A stretch of DNA of 64,000 nt from the NCBI RefSeq assembly GCF_030028105.1, contig NC_092380.1, positions 70,305,717 through 70,369,716 of the forward strand, written 5' to 3'. The notes beneath the pieces are model-generated. The model was not told the origin of the DNA and ran no database searches. It saw only the letters and a list, made by a program, of their open reading frames with translations. Each line of letters opens with the position of its first letter. The first letter of the stretch is position 1. The translations under genes were made by a program, and so were the position numbers. Below, one piece after another: positions 27,401-39,400 of the stretch. The stretch comes from Mobula birostris. Taxonomy: Eukaryota.

Positions 27401-30400
27401 CTCTGAGTATATTTCTGTCATCATCTCACGCACTACAGAAATTTATTGGATATGGGCACCCAAGAAATGAAGGCAGCAGACTGACAAATTATTGAAATGG
27501 ACTGGCAGCTTGTATACAACAGCATAAATTCACCATTCCAAATACCAATGCACATCTCATCTGCAATAATATAAGATTGTACTTTGACACAATAATGTGT
27601 TTCAAGTAAACCATGTCCAGTTTAGGAACATCCCAAAATCATTACTTTACCTTCATCTTTTGCTCTACTGCTGCCATTGGTGTGTCGTGGGAGATGGAAG
27701 ATCTCTGGCTATGTGCCCAGAGACCCGACTTCTTTGGGCAGAGAGCTCGGAAAAAGTGACCCAACGGACTTTTAACATCATAAAATCAGAGAATTGTTTC
27801 TTATGTCTCTTCTCTCGCTGTGAAACAGGGACACCCCTTTTTTCTCTTATTAGGCAGAGAGAGAAAGCCTGTGGTATATCCAATAAGGAGAACGAATAGA
27901 ATTTGGGGTCCTGCAAGTCTGTATCTTTATCGATACTTTGCTGCAAGCTTGAGTGTTCAGTGGTGGGGGCCGATGCTTTATCCTGCTGGTGGAGGGGGGG
28001 GGGGGGATCGTTGCTTTGCTGCTGCTTATGCTTGAGAGTGGGGAGCTGGGGGGGGGGGCTAGTTTGGGGTTCTAACATTTAACTGTTATTCATTCTTTGG
28101 GGCACTCCTCTGTTTTCGTGGATGGTTGAGAAGAAAAAGAATTTCAGGATGTATATAGTATACATTTCTCTGACATTAAATGTACCTTTTGAAAGGGAGG
28201 AACTCCTGGAACCTTTCATATGGGCAGAGTCAGAGTCTTACCCTCCACCACTAGGCTCTATTATGTGTCAGCCATTATAGGGTAGTGATGATCCCCTCCT
28301 GTTACACTGCTTGAGATAATTTTTATTCTTTTGACTTCTTTTCTAATATTTACATCTGTGTACTTGTAATGCTATTGTGACACTGTAATTCCCTTTGGGA
28401 TGACTGAAGTACCTATATCTATCTGGTACAATAAGTTCTCCCTTGAAGGTGTAATTTGAATTCTTTCTTTTAACCTTTCTTTCTCTGTTTGTGAACCAGC
28501 TCACATTTGATACAACTCACATGATCTGTTTTTGCTGGTGTAAATTTTATGCTTGTAATTGATGAAATCAGACCATCTTCTGCAATCTCAGGATGACCTG
28601 TTTCTGCGTCTTTCCATCTTTATACCACATTACCTTGATTTTCACAGGAACATAGCCCTTCAAGGGATTGCTAAATGTCGCAGGCTTTTTAGCTTTTGGA
28701 TCACATCTCATACAGTAAATCTGCTTTGCACTATTTCTAGCTAATGATACCTTTTCTATAGGAAAGTAAACCAAGCTGTGTACAATATTCCATGTGCGGC
28801 ACTAACAACATCTTGTATGACTGTAATGCAATGCCCCATCCCCCTACATTCAATGCCCTGCTGAAGGCCAGCATGCCAAATATATCTTCTTATTCACCTA
28901 TCCACCCCTCATGTCATGTTCTCAAAGAGACATTAAAAATATCATATCCACTCATTTGGACTATCCTTCTCCTTTCTAGGTATTCTCAATACAGAGTACC
29001 ACAGGCCAGTTTACCTGTCTTGCCATGTCAGCATTTCAGGATCTGAACCACACTCATTCCCTACCTCCCATTCACTACAGCTGAAACATACAGTGATAAA
29101 GGAGTTTGTTTATTAATGCAGAAGTCACATATGTTTGAAAGACAAATGTGTGGCCAACATGCTGGGAAAGATTCTTGACACCAGAGTCAGGATTCATCAC
29201 TTCATGGAAGAAAAGGAAAGTGATTTTGTTTTAAACTTGATTCCTGAAGGGTATACATGCATGCTCAGCCATGGAAGTTGGTACCAGAATCATCCATGGA
29301 AATCCAGTCCATGTTAGTATACTTGAAGAGCCACTGACTGAGCCAAAAGGAAAAGCACATGACCCTTCTACAACTACTCAACGTTCGCCATAACCTGCTG
29401 ACGTATCTGGAAATGAGCATCTCATTGACCTTCATTCATCTGATCAGGAGGCATACAAATAACAGAAAAAAATTAATTTTGTAAAGCTTACTCAGATCTG
29501 TATTTTGCTCTTCGTGGGTATTTTGTCATCATGTAAAGAACTGCGTTGAAATTTATTGGATATGGGCACCCAAGAATTGATGGCAACAGAATGACAGCGT
29601 TGAAATGGAATGGCAGCACAAACTCACTATTCCGAATACTACTGCTTGTCTCATATGCAATATAAAATTCTACTTTGACCCAATAATGGATTTCAAGTAA
29701 AACATATCCAGTACCATAATTACTTATTTGCATGTTAACGGGTCCCAACATTTTACACAATACTTTCAACTCTTTATGATATTTAAACTCCTCCAGTAAA
29801 AGTATTGTTCCAATCATTTCACTAACTGTGCCAGTTAAAAATTACACAATTCACACTGAGGATTTGTCATAAAATCTGATCACACAGCTGTTAAACATCA
29901 GTGATATCCCCTCCCACACCCATCCCTCCCCTACCCCGTTAAACTGCTGTTCTGCAGCAGTAAGCATCAGCTGACAGAAATCCATTCCACAATGACTGGG
30001 AGATTTTCTCAGTGAGATCGGGCATATTGGTGCTTCACTGCTTTGTTATTAACCATATGGTCCAGCAAAGAACCTTCTAACAAAGGAATTTTAATTGCGC
30101 ACAAATTATTGTTACCCTCTACCTCGTTGGTAAGTGCTGTTGTCACTGGGCAAAAAAATTGCACAGTGCTAGATTTTTTGCACACAATAGTCATTAAAAA
30201 TTAGAGGGAACATTGTGTTCTAGTCCTTTTATTTCTGAAAATCTGTAACATTACCAGCCTCTGTTACTCCCCAGCAATGGGCTACACCCAAGCCCTGCAC
30301 CATTGCACTGGTTAGTTACCTTACTTGATCCAACACTTTCCAGTGCCAGCCATCAGAGGCACAGTCTGCACACTGTCTCCATGGCTCCCTCTGCATCCGA

Positions 30401-33400
30401 TCTGTGCACTGAGGCGATCACAGTGCTATCCTCACTGAGATGCCAGTTCTAGGCACTCACTATATGTAACTGTGGCCAAGATACTATGCTCTGTGGGATA
30501 GCAGCAAATGATGTACTGGTGGTCTTATCAGAATAAGGAGAGTCAATCTCATTGAAATGTACAAACCTCTTATCTGTTTGGACAGGGATTAATGTGCAGT
30601 TGATGTTTCAACTGGCTGATATACTGAGAACAAGGAATCAGTGTCTTAACAGTTTTGATATGGGAAAAAAAAAATTCCATCATTCAGAGCTGTGAGGAAG
30701 CTATGAAGCCATCTTCAAGGCAGAAATTGAAACATATTGGAAAATAAAGTCTGTGGGGCCAGTACAGGGATATAACACTGCAATAAAAACACAAAGCCCG
30801 GCATGATCTTACTGAATAGAAAAGCAGCCATCAGAGGCCAAATGGCATAACCTGCTTCTTATGGTACAATGTGACTGCAGACTTGGTTAGAATGGGTATT
30901 CACCTCTTAATCGCAGACAGTAACTGGATGTGACAGGCTTGCTTGAAGTTTCAGAATGAAGGATTTGCATCTTGAACTCTTTCCCATGATCACGAGCAGT
31001 TGGTTTAAATGTCCAACGGGATGATCGTGAGTACAAACCACTGGAATCCTTTGTACTTTCTTCAGTGACTATTCCTGATTGTGATGCATCTTGAAATTTA
31101 CTATCATCTTTGAACCAGAATATCTGATTTCCTTCCGGAAAAAATCCATAAGCCCTGCAGGAAAGTGTTAAAGGCTTTCCTATTTCAGGGCAAGTTGGAT
31201 CTGCCTTAATTTCTGAGATCTTTGGCAATGATACTAGACATAAAAAAGGAAGAAAAATAAGTTAAACTAAATACGCAACTTAAAGAATATTACAATTTAA
31301 ACCAAAACTGACAAGCATTTCTTAGTAAGTAGTTCAAGACTGAAAACTATTAAAAGCAATGAAAAAAAAAACTATTGTCATGTCTTTCCTGATTTGGATT
31401 ATTATTTTATTTCTAATTACTGGATCTCACTGCTTTCTTGTGGGTTCTCAGCTGTTATTGATTGCTCATTATTCTCTTGTTAAGGAATTAGCTTTCATCA
31501 TCAGGGCAGCCATTTTACATTGTTCATATATTTCATGTAGTAGTTAGAAGTAATTAAAAAATAGAATCATTCAGGAGAGTTCTTTAAACTATCCTATATC
31601 CTTTGAATTGTGTGAAATACTGTCAAACACCCTTGATAAGTATAGTCATATGGTGGCTGGTTTTGATCAAATAATTTCAGTTTTTACAATCAATAGCAAT
31701 TAAAAGTTTTATACTTTTTCCTCTTAACTATATCTATATATTAACTTTTATTTATTTACCAACAAATCAATGAATTCACCCATTTTCATTTACTTTCATT
31801 TTCCAAGGAATTCTCTATTCAATCAAATCCACCATGTTCACCTTCCTTTGCAGTAATACAATTAGCCTGTAGGCTTTGTGACACCCTGCTTGCTGTCTTG
31901 GTAAACCGATGCCAAAAAATTACAAGGGTATGTCCTAGTACCAACAGTTATCATTAGACATCCATCCTTTATGAATTTCAAATCGATTGTAGAAAAAAAC
32001 AACTTCAGAAACAAAAAACGTGTTACTTACTCACTTCACCAGCTACCCAGTGAGTCTCTATTGGCCTTGATAAGCTCTCATGTGCTACTTGGCATGTGTA
32101 TTTTGTCTCAGTGTCAGCGCTGCTAAGAACAATCTGCACATCAGCTGTGAAATAATAGAGTTCATCCTGTCCAATCACTGCATCATTAACTTCAGAATTT
32201 TGTTGTATTTCTGAGCCATCTTTGAGCCATTTAACTATGATATCTCTGGGGTAAAATGCACTTATTTGACAGCTTAAATTCATGGGCACTTCTGCAATTG
32301 GTTTTGCTGCTTCACACTTTATAGTGCCCAGTTTTGGAGGAGCTGGAAAAGAAAACAAGGTTTGAAACATGAGCAGATTTTCAAAAGTGGGGGACTAGAT
32401 ATTGCACTTTCCGTATGTAATTACTTATAGCTTTGAAAACTTTGGCGAAAGACATAGAATATAATTACTTAATTTATTAATTTCAGTACAATCCTACCCT
32501 ATTGATTTAGCTTGCTATATACTTAAATTATCTCAAATCTTTTCCCTTATAACATTATTACTAACTTGTAACAATAAGAGAAATATGGCATCAAGACAAT
32601 GCATTCATCAGAGGAGCCTCCAAATGAAATAAGCAATCTGGATCCTTCCTTGTTGCAAGGCTTAGATAATAGTATACCTGTAATTCTTAGGGTTATTTCT
32701 TTCTCTTGCTTGTCGTTAGTGGAGTGGTGCAGTATGCTACATAAGTACTGCGAGTTCAGGTCTTGCTGTATATTTGGCACAATAACTAATACACTAGCAA
32801 TGCTGTAAGTTTTGTCTTCATGCTCCACTTCACTGATGTAATGCTTTGCCTTCAAATTCATCCTGTTGTCATCGTGTTTGTTTGTCGTATTGTCCAGCTG
32901 CAACCGGACAAGTTCTTCCAAATCTTTATTCTTTCTCTTTTGTTGCCATATAATACTTAATGGCCTTGGTTTAAATCCACTGACTGAACAAGACAAAGCC
33001 ACAGGTTCCTTGTCTTTGATGAGAGGTGGCGTCAAAATGTTTAAAACCTTAGGTGGCACTTAGAAAAGAGGAAATGAAAAATTAATCTCACAAACTGAAA
33101 TGCAAAGAAAGAAAAAAATACTGAATTGTTTTAAATGTTTAATGACTGAGTCCACCTGATGAAGAACGGTATTCAACATAGCTATCAACATCATTGACAT
33201 AAGAGATTCTACTGGTGCTGGAAATCTTGAGCAAAACATGCAAAATGCTGGAGAAGCTCAGCAGGTCAGGCAATATCTACGGAAGGCAAAACAGCTGACG
33301 TTTTGGGCCATAACCCATCAGTACTCTTCACCATAGTTGCTGCCTGACCTGCTGAGTTCCTCCAGAATTTTGTGTATCCACATCAATGTCAAATACCATA

Positions 33401-36400
33401 TATGTTAATGAAAGACATTCAAAATGGAGCCACAAAAGACAGCAATTAATAATTAAAGAAAATATTTGCAATTTACCTCCTTTAACGTCTAGTCTCAGTG
33501 TCTTAGTTATAGGCTCTTTAAGTGCTTGATGTTGAACTTCGATACTTAACTCAGCCCCATCATCCTGAGAAATATCTGGATGTATTCTGACACTGACTTC
33601 TACACTGCAAATCTTTCGTGTGTTAGTTTTTAATTCAGAAATCTGTGCTTTAAAGGATGCATCTTCGTCATCTGACTGCATAAGGATTTTCGTTTCATTA
33701 CAGTCAGGTCCATTTGTTGATGTATACTGACTGCAGATTTTTTTCCCATCCTTACTGCTCCAATTCAGAAGCCGACATTTATCGTTCTGCTTCCTCTTTG
33801 CGTAGATCACAATTGTAATCTCATAAGGTCGAAATGAGCTAACCATCCAATTGACTACGCTTTCTTCAAGATGTTTCAAAACTTGATGTTCACTGCATCC
33901 AGTAATTTTTGGAGGAACTAATCAAAACAAAATAAGTAGTTAACGCTTAACAATGTAAATGTTCTTTCTTGCATCCTCAGTTTTTATTGCCTTTCTGGAA
34001 TTACAGAAATAAGACACAACTAGTGTAAACAGACAAGGTCAGAATTTCTATTAGTTTGTACCATTTTTATTCAGCATATTATGGCCCAAAATAACGAAAC
34101 CAACAAAAATTGCATCCAGTGGAATTAAGAGTATTTTAAAAAATTGCACTATTTGCTTATTCCGAAACACTGGAGGGCTATTTATTTATTTATTTTCTTA
34201 CGTCCAAGGGAGTAAAAATCTTCATGTATCTCCATCGCAATGTACAAGCAACGAAGAGGGACAATGTGGGAGGATATTGCCCTAACATTGAAATTGTATA
34301 CATGATTGTTTTGCATACATGCACAGTCAGATACACAATTAGATCAAAGTACAGTCAGATATGCAATCAGATCTAACTTCTGATTTCAGATTTTTGTTAA
34401 TTGCTTCCGTTGGTGAACTTTAAAGCAGGTTCTTAAAAAAATCTAGGTGGTAAGAACCGAGAAAATTCATCACTTAGCACAGTTTATTTCTAAACATGAG
34501 AACATATTTTTTTCTCTACCCCCCCTCCACCCACCAAATTCCTCTGCAGATAAAGCATTTCACAAACAAGAGAAAATCTGCAGATGCTGATAATCCAAGC
34601 AACACACACAAAATCCTGGAAAACTCAGCAGGCCAGGCAGCATCCATGGAGAAAAGTAAACATGTGATGTTGTGGGCTGAGACCCTTCATCAATCCTGAA
34701 GAAGGGTTTTGGGCCCAGACTTTGTCTATTTACTCTTTTCTATAGATGCTGCCTAGCCTGCTGAGTTTCTCCAGCGTTTTCTGTGTGTTGCTTCATGCTC
34801 ATTTCATGTCAAGAGCAAATTCAGCAATTGAAGTGACAGAAAAAAGGATAAGAACCCATGAAATGGGCCACATTTAGTGGTGCTCCACATTGTGCTATTA
34901 AAACAGTGCCCAATGACAGGTGAACCTGGAGGAAATTCAACTAGCTTCCTAGGGAAGAAGCTTATTGGGGAAGTCAATCTACATTATCCAAAAGGAACTT
35001 TGAAAATTGAATGATGTAATTTATGGCATCATAAAAATTAACTGTGCATCAATTCCAAATTCAAATGTGTTTGAAGGGAAATATAATTATAAAAAAAAAT
35101 CAAAATTAAATGGAGGTTGCATCTAGAGTATCAAATTCCATTCAATGGAGAAACACCAAGCAAGACTTTCTGTTGAACACCAATGGAGGAGTACAATTAC
35201 TGCAGATTAGCTGTAATCAAAGCAAAAAGATCATCACTTCCCAATTTGGGGAAGAGATACAAGAAACAGTCAAAGAATCAGAACAGCCATGCAAATTCAC
35301 AGCCAGCAACCCAGGTTCAATGCTAACCTCTGGCACTACCTGTGTGGAGTTTCCACACTGGCCATGATGCAGGAATTTCCTCCAGGTGCTTTGGTTGCCT
35401 TCCGCATCACCAAAAAAATATGCAGGCCAATAGGTGAATGAAATCTGTGAATTTCTCCAAGTGTAGGTGAATGGTAGAACCTGGGGGGAGCTAGTGAGAA
35501 ATTGGGGAAAATAAAATGGGATTTTGTAAACCAGTGTTTGATAGCTGGCATGGACACAGTGAGCCAAATGGCCAGTTTCTTGGCTGCATCTTCTATGACT
35601 CAATGCACAAACTGCAACACACCAAAATGATTTCACTGTCTTCATATTACCTGCTTGAAATCTCCACCAATAAGCAAGTGGTCCTGCAGCAAACAGGAAA
35701 CATAACACAAATCCTCCTATAAATGCAGCTCCCACTGCTGCTGTTGAATCTGATTCAGGCTCTGAAACTTAGAAAACCAAAACAAAAATATGAGCATTTA
35801 GACACATGAATAAACTTCATCATCTTGAGACACTTATGAGTTTTTGCAAGTTATAAATCACCATTCATAAGCCCTGTAACGATTTTCAAGAAATTGAAAG
35901 CAAAATTGTGCAACTTATTTTCACTTTAAGTCATGGTCTGGGAAATTTATTCCGTAGTTTTGTTATTTTTCATATAATCTGGAATAAGTGATGGGCTCAG
36001 AGTTACTGGTATCTCAACTTTTGACTCAACTTATTTACAAATGACATCAGCTGCAAGTTGTGCTGTTGAATATTAAAATAGCAAGTTTAAAAACTAGCCC
36101 TGGGTAAGGGTGGTGACAGAAGGCTAGAACGATGCCTGCAAACCTGCCTCAATTATTTTTGGGACATATTAAAAGAATATCTAACCCACTGGCTGAAGAC
36201 AGAGGCAGAAGGACAGGGCCCCTCTTACTCAACCAAATCAAGTACAGGAAAGATAGACAATGGTATGCAGAAAATGAAATGATATGATAAAGGTAAAAAC
36301 TAATTACTCATGGCATGGAAAGAATCAGCAGTTGCATTGGCACAAACAGTTAAATGATTTAATGAGCAAGTTACTAACAGGCAGTCACCAAGAGTCTCTG

Positions 36401-39400
36401 TAGAAATTCAAAATGTGTCAGCCTACTGTTTATTTGCAGGCATGACTGAACTTCTCAGCCAATATCTTTCTGTGATGAAATAACAAACAATGAAACTTTG
36501 ATTTAAATCAGTGCAACTAGAGTCAAACATTTTTAAAAAACACTGTTACAAATATTGCTACATAGTATCCCCAACTTATTCAAAGTATGGAACATACCTT
36601 CAACTGTGAGTTTCACCTCTTGTGGAAGTTCATCTGGAAGGGACTGATGTCTCACTGTACACTTGTATACATTACCATCATCATTCGGAGTTGGTTCAAT
36701 TCTAATATTACTGGAAACATTAAACGTTCCATCATTATTAGAAACTGCAGCTCCAGTGCAGACATATCTTTCCAATCTCTCAGTTTTCCCTCTGGATATC
36801 TTTTCCCAGAAGATTTCATGCTTCTGAGGATAAAATCCCGTCGCATCACATCGGACAGATTTCTCTGTACCATTCAGAATGGTAATGTGTTGCGTGGATA
36901 GAAGCACCTTTGGCTTAGCTGTATTAAAAGGCAAATCCAACCTTAAGTCAGATAGGATGAAGTGTATTATCATAAATATCTAAAGCCAAGTCTAAGATAT
37001 TGCTATGTTAACATAAACAAAATGTACCACTTTCCTTCCTTCAATTATTGCTCCAAAACACAGGATTTTCCTTTACTATTACTCCTGAAAGATAATTGGC
37101 TTGTTCAACATTCAACGCAGTTCCATGTGAGAGTTTTTAAATTAGTTATTCCTTCTGATCCAGAGTCTCCAAATAATAAATTAACAGACAGTGGAGAAGT
37201 GCATCGGTAATTCTGCAGAAATTATATGCATTATGGATAGTGTAGGCAATTGCCAAAGGATATGGCAGGATATAGATCAGTTATAGACATGGGCAGAGAA
37301 ATGGCAGATAGAGTTTAATACAGCTAAGTAATAAGTTTTACAATTTGGGAACTCAAATATGAAGGGATAGTACACTTTTAATTGCAAAATCTTTAACAAC
37401 ATTGATCTACAGAGGGATTTTGTGACCCAAGGCCACAGTCTCTTAAAACAGCACAGGTTGATAGGGTGGTAAGGAAGTACATGGCACACTTGTCTTTATT
37501 AGTTGAGGCATTGAGGTCAAGAGTTGATAAGTTACTTTTGCAGCTTTATAAAACTCTGCTTATGCCACATCTAGAGCACTGCTTCCAGTTCTGGTTGTCC
37601 CCATAATAGGAATAGAGTGGAGGGTTTGAAGAGGGTACAGAAGTGGGATGTTGTCTCAGCAAAAGAGCATGTGCTACAAGGAGAGGATGGACAAACTTGA
37701 GGCAGCATCTATGAAGGGAAATGGACAGGCGATGTTTCAGATTAAAACCATTCAAATGAACTAGGGTTGCTTTCCCTGGAGTTTCAAGGTGAGGGAAAAC
37801 CTGATGGAAATTTATAAGATTATGAGAGGCAAAAATAGAAAAGACAGCTAGTGTCTTTATCCCAGGGTCAAAGTGCCTAAAGCTGACAGGAGGCAAGTTT
37901 AAAGATGACGTGAGCAGCAGGTTTTCTTTCTTTTAATAAAAAGACATAGAGCAGTGGGTGCCTGCAATGCACTGCCAGAGGGGGTAGCAGAGGCAGATGT
38001 GATAGATGCATTTAAAAAGCTCTGAGATAGACACATGAATGTGCAGAGAGTTGAGGGGTAAGGACACTGTGTAGACAGAAGGGATTACTTAACTTCCTAG
38101 CTAATTACTAGTTTAATTAGTTTGGCACAACATCATGGGCCAAATGGCTTGTTCCTATGCTGTGCTGTTCTCTGTTCACAACAGGTAATGTTTTAGAAGT
38201 CTCTTACCCAAGACCACAATTTGTGAGCTCCTTTCCACTTTGTCAGGAGTGACAAGTACAACACAAATGTATTCTCCTGCTTCATTTAATTGGATATTTG
38301 GAAGATAAAGTGAAGCATCTCCTTTCTGTAATTCAGTTTCAAATATTTTGGCTCCATGTCGTTTAGCCATAGCATTTCCTGCATTAAAGATGTAGATTTC
38401 TTTCCTTTGGGATCCATACAACCACTTAACACCTACGTTTGATAGGTCAAGAAGTGGCGTTCCAAAATCAGTAACTTTACATTCCAAGGTAACGTCCGTA
38501 TTCAATAATACATCCTTTGGACTTCTAAAAATGGTCATATCCAACGTTTCTAAATGCAAACAGAAAAATGAGATAAGTTTATCTTCAATCACATATTACA
38601 AATAGAAATTAAAAAGATCCAAGTTACAGTGCAAGTTATGGCATTCTTTCTAGCAAAATCACAAGTCAGTAAGTTGTTCAACTCCAGGATCGCAGATTGA
38701 TTTGTGGACTGAAGTGGATGCTGTATTGTTTGAAATCACAGATTTCAGATGAGTCACTAAACCTTCAGCAACGTAATATGAAGATACAAAATTCCTCATC
38801 AATATTAAATAAGTCCCTCAGCACTACCTTGAACATAAACTTTAGTCAACATTACTAACATCTCAGGTTAGTAAAGGTTAAGTATTGGGTTGTGTCTCAG
38901 ACGTTAGTAACAGTGCATACTCTTTAAAAGGTACTTCCTTAATTGTAAAGTTTATTTTGGGTACATTGTTATAGGAATGACAACATTAAGCTGGGAAGAA
39001 TGCAGAGAAAATGTACAAGTATGTTGCTAGAGAAACCTCTTTTTACTGGGAGTCTCTGTAAATGCAGCTCAATAGCCGCTCACTAACAGCCACTGGACTC
39101 TACAGCAAAGAAACCACCTTTCTCAGGCTCAGTATGTATAGGGTGTATACGACTTTGGTCCCACCATACCCATGAGGCTGGGATGTCTTGCCCACCCAAA
39201 CTTTGGTTTGTGTGAATGCTGTGTGATTTACTGACACCACATCGCCGGCCGCCACCGCCACCCCCCCCCCCACCCTCTGCCGCCGCCGGCAATCGCTATT
39301 GGCAAGAAATAACAGACCGTACACTGCATACAATTACAATGTAGTATAATTAACAATGTTAACTTAACCTAACAGTTATTAAAGTAAGCAAAACAAAAAA

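Larger units (their letters stand above)
8600..29720. repeat. Diverged tandem array of an exon-bearing intronic unit of about 1 kb, inflated by TE insertions
   Basis: Motifs such as gaaagtgtgggat, aatggaggcctaaag, aaatgaaggcagcagactgaca and attagtcaaatcaaattagctctt recur in the same order about ten times; an uninterrupted unit runs about 8640-9580. Confidence 0.9.

Noticed and set aside
29015-29210. One long exon joining the upstream unit sequence to the 60-nt cassette
   Set aside because: On careful reading the frame hits TAG just before the cassette.
8600-29720. CRISPR-like or satellite interpretation of the recurring motifs
   Set aside because: Eukaryotic context; the units are about 1 kb of colinear homology with no short repeat/unique spacer pattern.
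31359-31547. ORF MKKKTIVMSFLIWIIILFLITG resembling a signal peptide
   Set aside because: AT-rich intronic sequence on the strand opposite the gene; no downstream exons or domain.
30887-38592. Immunoglobulin heavy chain (IgW/IgM/IgNAR) or TCR locus
   Set aside because: The V exon is a complete germline-joined domain with a normal splice donor; no recombination signal sequences or D/J segments were seen; the TM exon lies after the first C1.
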